The notes below the pieces were generated by a model. It worked only from the letters and a program-made list of their open reading frames with translations. It was not told the DNA's origin and did not search any database. From Polyangiaceae bacterium (GTDB lineage: Bacteria; Myxococcota_A; Polyangia; Polyangiales; Polyangiaceae), in NCBI GenBank assembly GCA_965222375.1, contig CBDCTZ010000008.1:96001-160000 (forward strand): a stretch of DNA of 64,000 nucleotides. Direction: 5' to 3'. A program made the position numbers and the translations under genes. This document shows positions 19,637-29,149 of this stretch, in pieces. Position 1 is the first letter of the stretch; every line of letters starts with the position of its first letter.

Positions 19637-19666
19637 TGCGGCGGGCCCACCCAAGGCCCGCCCGCA
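19637..19666. repeat. GC-rich REP-like hairpin in the non-coding region upstream of the HNH gene
   Basis: TGCGGCGGGCC-cacccaa-GGCCCGCCCGCA. Confidence 0.55.
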
Positions 19667-19758
19667 GCGGAGCCCCTTACAGTTGGATCCACGCCAGTCG
19701 CCGGCGCGAATCCCCGCAACTCAGCATCTGGGTCGGCCGACAAGATGTCCCGCCCGGG

Positions 19759-21231
19759 CTCATGATTGATCAGATCTCAACAGGGCTTGTGCGAACTGGA
19801 AGCCGATCTCGTAGTCGAGGAGTTTGAAGTATCCGCGACCGAGAGTCTGCCAACCCGGCAGTCCGTTGTTTCTGAGGTGGCCACCCACCCGGGCGACTGC
19901 GTAGAGCGCTTCTTGCACTGTCTGTGGGAGTGAGGGCAGCTTCAGTTTCAGTTGCAGTAGCTGCAGCTGTATCGGGGTCAGGACTGCTCGCGCCGGGAGT
20001 TCTGGCGCTTCGCGCACGAGCGAGCGCATCAGAAGCAAGCGCCAAGCGACGGGAAGGAACACCGCCAGGGCGTTGCTCAGCGCGTGGTAGGACTCGAGTT
20101 GCCGTTTCTCGAGGGAGCAACCCTGCTTGAGGGTCTTGAAGAATTCCTCGATGACCCATCGGCTGCGATAGGTGTCGACCACTCGTTCGATGTCCTCGTC
20201 GGTGTCGATCGCTTCCGTGGTCAGAAGCACCCACTCGACGGGGGGCTCGTTCTCTGCTGGGCTCGGCTCCCAGACGCGCACCACGTTCAGCTCGATGGCG
20301 GCAGGACCCGTGCGGCATCCCTGAGGCCGTAGGACAGTGACCGTTCTTGCCGCCATCGCGACTTCTACCTCTCGAGCATTGCGTGGAGGATGCGTCTTGG
20401 CGGAGCGAGTCATGCAGGTTTCCGGCCGCTTTGAGATGAAGATCTTCCGAAAAACACGGGGCTCGAGCTGTTCCACCGCGGCTCGCAGACGGACGATGTC
20501 GTCGTCGTCATCCGTGGCTCGGTCCTGTGAGGACCGGATCACGAATCGAGCACCGAGTTCTTGCGCCTTCGCAATCACTTCGTAGATGTCCGCTTCACGG
20601 TCCATCACGTGCACGACCTCGGCGCCTGCACAGCGGACATGGACTGTCTCGAGCATCGCGGGCCAGCGCAAAGACTCCCTCTCCGAGTCCTCGCGCTTGT
20701 CCCGTGAGTGACGTCCCCGCCCGCCCTTGTGCTCGGTTCTGGCCCAGTGGCGCAGGTCGAGCACGCCAAGGGGAACACGCGATTCGCTGGGCAGTACCGC
20801 CAGGGCAGTGTGAGCGAAGAACCCCTGCGCCTTGCTCGATGTCGGCCCCAACCCGGCCCGTTTGCTCTTGCCTCCTACGGTCACCTCAGTGGTGTCATGC
20901 ACTACCAGGCACGGACCCGCCGCCTTTACCCGCTCCACCGTCGCACGAATGTGCGGCGCCAACACCTGCTTGGGCTTCACCTGCTCGTTGCGCAGGAATC
21001 GATACACACCCTCCAACTCAGATGCTGTGCTGGTGGCTCTCGGAAACCCGGCGTCCGGTGCCGCCATCACGGTTTCCGCCAACCACAAAAGCCGCTTCGA
21101 ACGACGCCGATCCCCCAGCTTTGCCCCGCAAAACTCCACAGATATCGGCTGCCTCATCCACTCGGTTGTTCCCATTCCCACGGTAGATCACACCTGCCAG
21201 ATCTTGGCAACGAGATGTGTATGATCATGAG
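19759..21231 (-). mobile_element. Complete IS4-family (IS50/Tn5-like) insertion sequence
   Basis: 19-bp imperfect terminal inverted repeats at 19759-19777 and 21213-21231; 9-bp direct repeat CCGCCCGGG at 19750-19758 and 21232-21240. Confidence 0.95.
19760..21181 (-). CDS. IS4-family (Tn5-like) DDE transposase
   Basis: LGDRRR, VHDTTE, MDREADIYE, YRSRWVIEEFFKTLKQGC (YREK) and GGHL..PGWQTL motifs. Confidence 0.95.
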   Translation of the reverse strand: MGMGTTEWMRQPISVEFCGAKLGDRRRSKRLLWLAETVMAAPDAGFPRATSTASELEGVYRFLRNEQVKPKQVLAPHIRATVERVKAAGPCLVVHDTTEVTVGGKSKRAGLGPTSSKAQGFFAHTALAVLPSESRVPLGVLDLRHWARTEHKGGRGRHSRDKREDSERESLRWPAMLETVHVRCAGAEVVHVMDREADIYEVIAKAQELGARFVIRSSQDRATDDDDDIVRLRAAVEQLEPRVFRKIFISKRPETCMTRSAKTHPPRNAREVEVAMAARTVTVLRPQGCRTGPAAIELNVVRVWEPSPAENEPPVEWVLLTTEAIDTDEDIERVVDTYRSRWVIEEFFKTLKQGCSLEKRQLESYHALSNALAVFLPVAWRLLLMRSLVREAPELPARAVLTPIQLQLLQLKLKLPSLPQTVQEALYAVARVGGHLRNNGLPGWQTLGRGYFKLLDYEIGFQFAQALLRSDQS

Positions 21232-21295
21232 CCGCCCGGGGTGGGCCTCCGTACAAAATCCGCGCAACTGAATCCGCAGTGTGCCGACCAGATTG

Positions 21296-23239
21296 GTCCC
21301 GGTAGGGACGGCCCTTTCGGACCGCCCCCCGGACAGAGCCCGGCGTGCGGATTTCCCGCACCGGGCTCCCACCTTTGGTCTACGGGCAACGAAAGCGCTG
21401 CGCTGGCCAAGGATGGACGATCTGTGGTTTCGGAAGAGGAAAGCGACGTTCGATGCGCTTTCTGTCCGGCACGGAAAGTTCGCCACGTTGGCTTCGCCGG
21501 CTGAGCTGGCGATACCAGGCATGACGCACGTGTGCGCGGACAGTTTTCAGGCCTCGTTCGTTGCCGGGCACTCCGTAGTAGTTGAAGTGCCCACCCAGGA
21601 CATCCACCAGCCAGCTATATGTTTCGGCCAGTGGAGCGTGCCGGCGCCATCGCAATTCCTTGCGGATTTCGATGAGCTTCGCTTGTCGTTTCTTCCGGGA
21701 GGTGCGCCTGAGCAACTGAAACCAGCCGCGTTCATCACGGGTGCAGGCGTGCGTGAAACCAAGAAAGTCAAACGTCTCGAGCTTGTTCAGCCCTTGTCGT
21801 TCGTTCCTGTTCCACGCTTGCCTGCCAAACGCAATGACCCGCGTCTTGTCCGGATGCAGCTCGAGACCAAACCGCGCCAAGCGCTCGGCCAAGGCCTTGC
21901 GCATCACGCGGACATCCCGCTCGGCCTGGAAGCACATGACCACGTCGTCGGCATAACGCACGATGTACATGTCACCGCGCGCTTGCTTCTTTCGCCAGTC
22001 ATGTGCCCAAAGGTCGAGCACGTAGTGCAGATAGATGTTCGCTAGAAGCGCGCTGATTAGGCCCCCTTGTGGCGTTCCCATCTCCACTGCGTGCAGTTCG
22101 CCATCCTTCATCACGCCTGCGCGCAACCACTTCATCAGCAGCCGCACCAGACGTCGATCCCCGATCCGGTGCTCGATAAACCGTTGCATCCAAGTGTGAT
22201 CGACACTGTCGAAAAACGCTCGGATGTCGGCATCCAGCACCCAGTTCACTTTCTTGCCGACTGCCACGGCGAGAGCATCCAGGGCTCGGTGCTGCGACCG
22301 GCCAGGCCGGTAGCCATACGAAAACCCCATGAAGCATGCCTCGTAGATGGGCTCCACCACCATCCGCACCGCACGCTGCAGGATCTTGTCCTCCAACGCT
22401 GGTATGCCAAGCGGTCGCGTGCGCCCATCTCCCTTTGGGATGTGGACTCGTCGCACCGGCTGCGGGTGGTAGTTTCCTCGGTGGACTCGGTTTTCTAGGT
22501 CGAGCAGGCGTTCGTCGAGACGTTCGCCATACTCCTCCCAGGTTACCCCATCCACTCCCGATGCCGCGCGCTTTCGAAGTCCTTCATAGGCCTCCTTCAG
22601 CAACGGCACCTTCACGTGACACAGCAGGTTGGTGAACTTCATCCTCCTTTTCTGCTTTGCTTTGTTTCCGATCCGCTCCAGGTACGTGGGCGTGCTTGTC
22701 CGGCGCTGAGTCCGGCGCACGTTTCGCTGGGCGGACTTCCCATTGGCCGCACTCCTTCCCTCCGCCGAGTCCCTGGGCGTTACCCGCAGGTTCCCCGGCT
22801 TCTTCGGTACTATGAGTGCGTCCGACTTCTCGGAAGCTTTCGCCAACGGATTGCGGCCTGGGCCTTCCCGCGGCTGCCTGCCTCTACTTCGGCGAGGCAC
22901 TTCTGAGATCTCCCGGTTCCCGTACAGAGGACATGTGCAAGCGTGCCCAAGTCTTCGACCCCGAGAGGACGACGGTGCCCGCGCCCACTGCATTGGGCAC
23001 CATCGCTTGGCCTTCCGCCGGTGGGATGGCGTCGGCTCCTCTGTTTCCCAAATTTTCGAGGCTCAATCCCCCGGCCCGCTTGCTCGACCCCCTACGCTTC
23101 GCCCACGGGATCACTCCCGCAAACGCAAGGGATGGTCTTCTCAGGGGTGGGCTCCTCCTGAGACAGGACTTGTGAAACTCGATCTTGGCTTTCATCTCCT
23201 TTCCTTCACCTGTTTTCCTCTGCCGGTCTCCCGGCGCTC
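21296..23239 (-). mobile_element. Complete group II intron (probably IIB, class E-like)
   Basis: 5' end GAGCG at 23239; domain V at about 21336-21368; domain VI ending CCCTACCGGGAC at 21296; EBS1 CCCACC (23025-23020) complementary to IBS1 GGTGGG (23245-23240). Confidence 0.9.
21380..22720 (-). CDS. ltrA: Group II intron reverse transcriptase/maturase without En domain
   Basis: SGVDG, RPLGIP, GYRPGRS, GTPQGG, RYADD, FDFLGF and HFNYY motifs; start uncertain (GTG at 22720 chosen because the longer ORF runs into RNA domain I). Confidence 0.95.
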   Translation of the reverse strand: MRRTQRRTSTPTYLERIGNKAKQKRRMKFTNLLCHVKVPLLKEAYEGLRKRAASGVDGVTWEEYGERLDERLLDLENRVHRGNYHPQPVRRVHIPKGDGRTRPLGIPALEDKILQRAVRMVVEPIYEACFMGFSYGYRPGRSQHRALDALAVAVGKKVNWVLDADIRAFFDSVDHTWMQRFIEHRIGDRRLVRLLMKWLRAGVMKDGELHAVEMGTPQGGLISALLANIYLHYVLDLWAHDWRKKQARGDMYIVRYADDVVMCFQAERDVRVMRKALAERLARFGLELHPDKTRVIAFGRQAWNRNERQGLNKLETFDFLGFTHACTRDERGWFQLLRRTSRKKRQAKLIEIRKELRWRRHAPLAETYSWLVDVLGGHFNYYGVPGNERGLKTVRAHVRHAWYRQLSRRSQRGELSVPDRKRIERRFPLPKPQIVHPWPAQRFRCP

Positions 23240-23615
23240 CCCACCCGCCCTGGGGCTATCTTGTCCCAGAGACGCCACGCCACGCTTTCCACAATCAGCC
23301 CTTGGCAAGGCGAGCGCCACGGCGATGGCGCCGCGCCCTTCGTCACCCCTTGCGCGGCAGGCTCTCGGTCCTCGTCGGATAGCAAGGTCCGGGGCCCGAC
23401 GGTCGTCGCTCGCTGGCGGGGCTGGACTCGCGCTCTCTAACCCGACGACCCTGATCGCTCGCCTTGGCGCCGCGCGACGGCGGATGGACTCGGTCCACGG
23501 GCGCCTCCGTCTCTGCGACACCGTCGCCGCGTTCCGGAGCGCCACGTACGACGACCTCTAGCAGCTCACCGAGGACGTTGTGCTGGCGTAGGCAGCTGCT
23601 CAAAAACCAACGACG

Positions 23616-25256
23616 TCAGGGGTGTACGAACATAATCGTGCCCCGGAGGGGCAGGAGGACACCGTGCCAGCCGATGGGCACTTGGGGGGTGGTCCAGTGG
23701 AAGATGCGGCGGGCATCTTCGGGGGTCAGGTTGATGCAGCCGTGGCTCTTGGGGGTGCCGAAGCGGTCGTGCCAGTAGGCGCCGTGTAGGGCGTAGCCTT
23801 CTTTGTCGAAGTACTGGACGTAGGGCACATCACGGAGTTCGAACTCCTCGCCGATTTCCGCGGAGCTCATGGTCGCGGTGACGTGTTTGGTGTGGATCCG
23901 GAAGATCCCGCGCTTGGTGGCGGTGGTGTGTTTGGGGTCCTCGAGGCCTGCCTCGCCGCTGCTGATCAGCGTGGCGTAGACCGGTTTGGTGCCTTCGTAG
24001 AGCACGACGGTCTGCTTGGTGAGGTTGACATCCATCCACTTCTCGCCGTTCTTGCCCCATTTGGGCATGCGCTTGGCGGGGTCGAGGCGGGAGCCGTCGC
24101 GATCGCTGATCCACTTGCCGTCGACGGTTTCGTAGTGGAGGCGTTTGCGGAAGAACTGCTGCTTGCCGGTCAGCTTGTGCACGGACCAGTACGGTGCAAT
24201 GCCGGCGTCGATCCGCTTGTTGGCGCTCTTTTGATACAGCCAGAACTTCGCGTTCTTGCGGCGCACGATCACGAACGGCATTTCGATGTCTTTGCCGATC
24301 TGGACGCCGTGGTGCTTCGAGCCCTGGATGGGGCGAAATCGATCCGTGGGCATCACCCGCAAGTCCGTGGTCACGCCGTAGCGGCGCCCCTCGTGCAGGA
24401 AAGTCTGCAGGAAGGAGTAGCCCACTCGATGGCCCATGCGATCGATGACCAGATCGCCGGCCCGAGCTTTACGATAGATATTCGGAGTCGACCCACCATC
24501 CTTCAGGTAGTTGGGCAACGGCTCGCTGATCTTCTCCTCCCAGGCTTTGGCAGGGTCAGCCAGCGTACCAGGCCCACCGAGCCAAACGTCCTGAGCGTAG
24601 CTGGCGCCGATTTCACCTTCGGCCTCGAGCCACTTGGGCATGCGCTCATTGATGTCTGGCTCGGCTTTTTCCAGTTCGTCTCGGCTGGGGAGCCGGGCGT
24701 ACACGGGTCCTGCACGACGCACGGTGCCGTAGATGTACGGCAGCTTGCGACTTGGATCAGGTTGGTGCTCTTGGCTGGCGACCACCACCGGATCCTTGCG
24801 ATCTAGCGTCGCGCCGCGCCCCAGGCATACGTAGCCGTCGGGCTCGACCGAGTGCCAGCCCTGCTTGCAGCCCTCGAAGCCCGCAGGCTTGTCCGTGGTT
24901 GGAGTCGAAGCGCCAGCTCGCAGGTAGCCCAAGCGGCGTGAGCTCTTGGTCGGGCGGGCGTGGATCCAGGTACGCATGCTGCGGCTGAAGACGCGCGGCT
25001 TGCTGGGGTCGACCACCGCGTTGGTCCAGGGGCGGTACTCGCCGGCCAGGGTTACGACGTTGGGCACCTTCGGGCGGGGCGGTGGCTTGACCTCCGCGGG
25101 CGGACTCGACGCAGACGCGGCTGCGCTAGACGCCGCCGGGTCCGACGCTGCTGTCATCGTCTGGGCAGACGGGGCTGCGCTCATCGGCTCGCTCTGGCTA
25201 CAGCCGAAAAGGGCAAGACTGCTCAACAAAGCAGCTCCGCGTGCCACGCTCCGCAT
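23616..25256 (-). CDS. L,D-transpeptidase family lipoprotein
   Basis: Lipobox LFGC; catalytic ALHGAYWH..SHGCINL. Confidence 0.92.
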   Translation of the reverse strand: MRSVARGAALLSSLALFGCSQSEPMSAAPSAQTMTAASDPAASSAAASASSPPAEVKPPPRPKVPNVVTLAGEYRPWTNAVVDPSKPRVFSRSMRTWIHARPTKSSRRLGYLRAGASTPTTDKPAGFEGCKQGWHSVEPDGYVCLGRGATLDRKDPVVVASQEHQPDPSRKLPYIYGTVRRAGPVYARLPSRDELEKAEPDINERMPKWLEAEGEIGASYAQDVWLGGPGTLADPAKAWEEKISEPLPNYLKDGGSTPNIYRKARAGDLVIDRMGHRVGYSFLQTFLHEGRRYGVTTDLRVMPTDRFRPIQGSKHHGVQIGKDIEMPFVIVRRKNAKFWLYQKSANKRIDAGIAPYWSVHKLTGKQQFFRKRLHYETVDGKWISDRDGSRLDPAKRMPKWGKNGEKWMDVNLTKQTVVLYEGTKPVYATLISSGEAGLEDPKHTTATKRGIFRIHTKHVTATMSSAEIGEEFELRDVPYVQYFDKEGYALHGAYWHDRFGTPKSHGCINLTPEDARRIFHWTTPQVPIGWHGVLLPLRGTIMFVHP

Positions 25257-25471
25257 GGCACCGAGGTCTAACCGACACTGGGGTCGGCCGGCCAAGATTT
25301 GCCCTGATTTCCCAAGCCAGCGACGCAGTGTCTCGACCTGACGCGCTGGCAAAACGAGCGTTATTCTCAGGACTTGGGCGCCGGCAGTTCAAGTCGTTTC
25401 TGTCCTGCTGCACGAGCCCGATCAATCTAGTTCCAAGCGGGGCCACCGCTGCTAACGTCCGCCCGCGCGCC

Positions 25472-26440
25472 ATGCTGGTACTTCGTGCAGACGAGGTCGT
25501 TATTGAAGGGGCCCGACATAGTCGGCGCCGCGCGACCTGGCTGACGGCGATCGGCTTCGTAGTCATGGCGTCGATCCCGCTGATGGGCTCGGGTCCGATG
25601 ACTGGCCTGCGCTGGGCCACGAGCCTCACCCTCCTGGCCATGGCCGCCGGTCTTTTCGCCTTCGCGCGGCCGCGCCGAACCCAGGTGCGCCTTCGCAAGC
25701 AGGGAGCGAACTTGTCGATCAACGGGCAGAATGTGCGTCGAGACCAAGTCGAATTGGTGATGGGAGCCGGACAGCTGACGGATGGCACGCCGAGCTCCGA
25801 CTACATGGTGCACCTCCGGGTGGCAGAACATCCGGACATGCTGCTGCTTGAGGGGCGCCACCCAGATCGCGTTCTGATGGATCTGCGCCAACTCGCCGAG
25901 CATCTGGAGTTACCCGTTCGCAGCGGCTGGGGTTTGCCGGATGCCGCGTCGCCTTGGAAAGCGGCCGACCCGACCCGAACGCTGCCCCAGCAAGTGCTCG
26001 AGCTGCATCCGTTTCAACGCCAGCGACGCGTCGCCTTCACGGTGGCCGCAGGGACCGTCGGCATGGCCGTCGCGATCTGGTTGATGGTCTCGGCGCGGCT
26101 CGACCTGGGGCGGTCCATCGTGTGGGGCAGCTACGCTCTGGCTGGTCTCACCCTGGTGGCCGCGGGACTGGTGGCGTTTGGCGCCTGGACGGATCGTTGC
26201 ATTGTCAGCATCAGCCAGACTGGAATCGAGGTTGAGCACCGCATGTTTGGCATGCGCGTAGGCACCACACACACACCCGCCAAGCGTTGGGTTGGCGCCT
26301 ACCGCGTGCACTCGACGGAGGGCGAGCTGGTGCACGTCCTGCTCGACCTCGGAGACAAGCTTGTGGCCGTGGCCTGCGCGGGCGATGAAGCCACCCCGGT
26401 CGAACAGCAGCTGCGGCAGTTGGCTGCCAAAGAGCCCTGA
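25472..26440 (+). CDS. Hypothetical membrane protein with two TM hairpins each followed by a soluble domain
   Basis: Four hydrophobic segments; start trimmed to the ATG at 25472. Confidence 0.7.
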   Translation: MLVLRADEVVIEGARHSRRRATWLTAIGFVVMASIPLMGSGPMTGLRWATSLTLLAMAAGLFAFARPRRTQVRLRKQGANLSINGQNVRRDQVELVMGAGQLTDGTPSSDYMVHLRVAEHPDMLLLEGRHPDRVLMDLRQLAEHLELPVRSGWGLPDAASPWKAADPTRTLPQQVLELHPFQRQRRVAFTVAAGTVGMAVAIWLMVSARLDLGRSIVWGSYALAGLTLVAAGLVAFGAWTDRCIVSISQTGIEVEHRMFGMRVGTTHTPAKRWVGAYRVHSTEGELVHVLLDLGDKLVAVACAGDEATPVEQQLRQLAAKEP

Positions 26441-26447
26441 ATCGTGT

Positions 26448-26876
26448 TCAGTCCTCGGTCAAGCGAATCGCCCGCGGGGCGCATTCGCGTAGGAACTGAC
26501 GCTTTGTCCCGTCCTTCGGCACCAGTTCGATACGAATGGTCTTGCCGGCCTTGCAGCTAACCTCGCCGACGTAGGGAGAATGCCCGACCTCCGTGTCGTT
26601 GATGCGAACTACAGAGCGATCGTCGCCTATGGAGATGACGATGGGGATTCGCAAGGGCTTGCCTTTCTTCACTATCGGGCCGCGCGGCTTCGGCGCGGGG
26701 GGCTCCGCAGTCACGACGGGCCGATCCTTGATCGCACTGGGCACCATGTCTGGCGCCGTATCGCGGACGGTGTCTGTGATGGCTGTGACCGTGAAGCGTG
26801 CACTAGCCGCGAACACGAGTACCGCGGCAGAAAACTGCGCGACTGTAGACGCCCGAGCGATGGCGGCCCGAATCAT
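26448..26876 (-). CDS. Small membrane-anchored PEGA-like domain protein
   Basis: N-terminal hydrophobic segment, Pro linker, VRINDTEVGHSP; ATGA overlap with the ATPase. Confidence 0.65.
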   Translation of the reverse strand: MIRAAIARASTVAQFSAAVLVFAASARFTVTAITDTVRDTAPDMVPSAIKDRPVVTAEPPAPKPRGPIVKKGKPLRIPIVISIGDDRSVVRINDTEVGHSPYVGEVSCKAGKTIRIELVPKDGTKRQFLRECAPRAIRLTED

Positions 26877-28372
26877 CCCGCCACCCGTAACACCTCGGCC
26901 AAGGATGTATCGCCCTTGCGCGCCAGGCGCAGGCCGTCCCGGAGCAAGGACGTCATGCCCTCCGCCTGGGCAACCGCTTCGATCTCCGTCGTGGGAAGTC
27001 GGTCATGTACCGCCTTGCGCAGCGCTTCGTTCATGGCCAGTAGCTCCGCGATGGGCGCCCGACCCACGAAGCCCTGCCCATCGCAAAAGTCGCAGCCAAC
27101 GGATTCGTAGTAGGTCCCGGGCGGTACCACTACGGCAGCCTGGCTGAAGCGATCGACGATCATCGGTTCAGGTTCCGTTTCCTTGTGGCATGCGGTGCAC
27201 AGGGTGCGCAACAAGCGCTGCGAGAGGCAGCCTGCCGTCGCGCTTGCGAGTACGAAGGGCTCGACGCCGATGTCGATGAGTCGAGCGAACACGCCAGCAG
27301 CGCTATTGCCATGCACCGTCGTCAGGATCAGATGACCGGTCAAACCCGCCTGCATGGCGATCTCCGCCGTCTCGTGATCCCGGATCTCTCCGACCATGAG
27401 CACGTTGGGGTCCTGTCTCAGCACGCTGCGCAGAACGCTGGCGAAGTTCATGCCTGCCTTCGGATTCATCTGGGTCTGAGTAGCGAAGGGCAACTCGAGT
27501 TCGATGGGATCCTCAAGAGTCACCAAGGCCGTGGTCTTGCTCCGTGTCTTGGCGATGTGCTTGAGGCATGCATACAGCGTCGTCGTCTTGCCGCTGCCGA
27601 CAGGCCCGGTCACGAAGATCAATCCCTGGGGCCGCGCCAACACGGACTCGAGGCGTTTTTCGAGATCGGGAGCGAAGGTCAGGCTCGGCAAGTCGAAGAC
27701 TTCTCGGCTGCCCCGAACGATGCGCAAGACGACCCGCTCCCCGTTTTCCGTAGGCAACGTCGAAACTCGGGCTTCGATCGCGCCACCATCCAGGTAGGTC
27801 ACGAGGCGACCGTCTTGAGGGGTTTTGGCGACCGTATCCAGGCGAGCCATCACTTTCACTCGCGTGGCCAGGACCGGAGCGAGCTCCACTGGGATCTCGG
27901 CGACTTCGTGGAGGGTCCCTTCCACACGGAGGGTGAGCCGAAGGCTGCCGTGGGTGGGCGAGATGTGGATGTCGCTCGATTGCGTACGCACAGCCCCACG
28001 CAGCAACTCGTCAAACATCGCCACCACGTTGCCCTCGCCTTCGGTGCACTTGAGGACTCGATCGCGGGTTTGCCCCAGAGCCTCCTCTAGCGTGGAGCCA
28101 CTCATCGCGGAGAACGCGGGCGCTCGAGGGGAGCGGCGCACGCTGAGCGCCGTGTCCACGATGGTCAGCATGATTGCGAGGCAGAGGCTCACCACCGCCA
28201 GGCTCAAGACCCAGCGCCATGCTGCTCCAGAGAAAACCACGCGGGCGTGGGCCTCTGTTGTTTCCGTCAGAGCCGCAACACTGAAGCTATCGAGCTGGGA
28301 TGCCAGCGTACCCAGGCCCAGAACGATCAGCGCAGCAGAGACCGCAGCTAGAAGCTTCGTCCACCCGCTCAA
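26873..28372 (-). CDS. GspE/PilB-family secretion ATPase with N-terminal transmembrane helices
   Basis: SDIH, PQDGR, GPVGSGKTT, TLEDPIE, LRQDPN, GEIRD, TGHL and CTAC..CDFC motifs; probable TTG start at 28372. Confidence 0.9.
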   Translation of the reverse strand: MSGWTKLLAAVSAALIVLGLGTLASQLDSFSVAALTETTEAHARVVFSGAAWRWVLSLAVVSLCLAIMLTIVDTALSVRRSPRAPAFSAMSGSTLEEALGQTRDRVLKCTEGEGNVVAMFDELLRGAVRTQSSDIHISPTHGSLRLTLRVEGTLHEVAEIPVELAPVLATRVKVMARLDTVAKTPQDGRLVTYLDGGAIEARVSTLPTENGERVVLRIVRGSREVFDLPSLTFAPDLEKRLESVLARPQGLIFVTGPVGSGKTTTLYACLKHIAKTRSKTTALVTLEDPIELELPFATQTQMNPKAGMNFASVLRSVLRQDPNVLMVGEIRDHETAEIAMQAGLTGHLILTTVHGNSAAGVFARLIDIGVEPFVLASATAGCLSQRLLRTLCTACHKETEPEPMIVDRFSQAAVVVPPGTYYESVGCDFCDGQGFVGRAPIAELLAMNEALRKAVHDRLPTTEIEAVAQAEGMTSLLRDGLRLARKGDTSLAEVLRVAG

Positions 28373-28561
28373 ACTGCCGCCTTCCGCCGCATCGGATGAA
28401 TTGTCCCCTATTGGGCTCGGGTTGGGCCAAGCTCCGGCCAGCTTCGCCAGCCGGCCCGCTGGCCAAATCTGCGCATTTTCCGATGTTTTTGAAACTGGTT
28501 TTGTTTCTGAGCAAGATCCGCCCAAGCTGCTCCGTCTGAGGAAGAGGAGGTTCTTTCGAAC

Positions 28562-29149
28562 ATGCGGAAAACGATTCGACGAATTGTAATGCTTTCGGCC
28601 GTGGGAGCCGCGTTGATCGCGTCCCCTGCGGCGGCGGAGGAACCCGCCAAGGGCAAGGTTGCGGCCGCCAAAGAGAAGCGCGCTGAGGCGCGGGCCAAAA
28701 CCAATGAGGCGCGCGACAAGGTCAAGGACGCCATCAAGAAGACCGTCAAGGGTGAAAAGGGCGCGAAGGCTGCCCGGGAGGAGGCAAAGAAAGCCCGGGA
28801 AGAAGCAAAGGAGGCCCGCGGCGAGGCGCGCGAGGCAACCGGTGAAGCGCACAAGGCGCTCAGGGCGCGGTGGAAGAAGCTACGCGAAACTCGCAAAGAA
28901 CGGCGCAAGGAACGCCGCGCCAAGATCAAGGAGAAGTGGGGAGAAGATGCTTTGAAGCGACCGGCCGTACGCGCGGCACTGCGTGTCCACGCTCGGCGCA
29001 AGGCGCGACTTCACCGCATCCGCGCGCTGGCCAAAGCTGCGGACAAAACCGCCATCGTCGAGCGGGTCGACAAGCTCATCGCCAAAGAAGACAAGCGCCA
29101 CAACAAGCATATGGAAGTCCTCAAAGCCCAACCGGCAGGTGCGAAATGA
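28562..29149 (+). CDS. Exported, very basic K/R/A/E-rich helical protein
   Basis: Signal peptide (ASPAAA); strong GAGGAGG RBS. Confidence 0.8.
   Translation: MRKTIRRIVMLSAVGAALIASPAAAEEPAKGKVAAAKEKRAEARAKTNEARDKVKDAIKKTVKGEKGAKAAREEAKKAREEAKEARGEAREATGEAHKALRARWKKLRETRKERRKERRAKIKEKWGEDALKRPAVRAALRVHARRKARLHRIRALAKAADKTAIVERVDKLIAKEDKRHNKHMEVLKAQPAGAK

Noticed and set aside
21380..22993. RT as a retron, DGR or defence RT
   Set aside because: YADD RT with maturase domain followed by canonical domains V/VI and EBS1/IBS1 pairing identifies a group II intron; the ORF-track start at 22993 falls in RNA domain I
19759..23239. Composite transposon or an intron inside the IS
   Set aside because: The IS has its own matching target duplication and the intron lies about 55 bp outside it, so these are independent insertions
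23400..23600. Possible pseudogene fragment (…TVAAFRSATYDDL*QLTEDVVLA*)
   Set aside because: It reads like protein with in-frame stops, but I cannot assign a family without a search
28373..28852. N-terminal extension of the GspE ORF in the track
   Set aside because: Antisense to the 28562..29149 gene and spans the divergent promoter region
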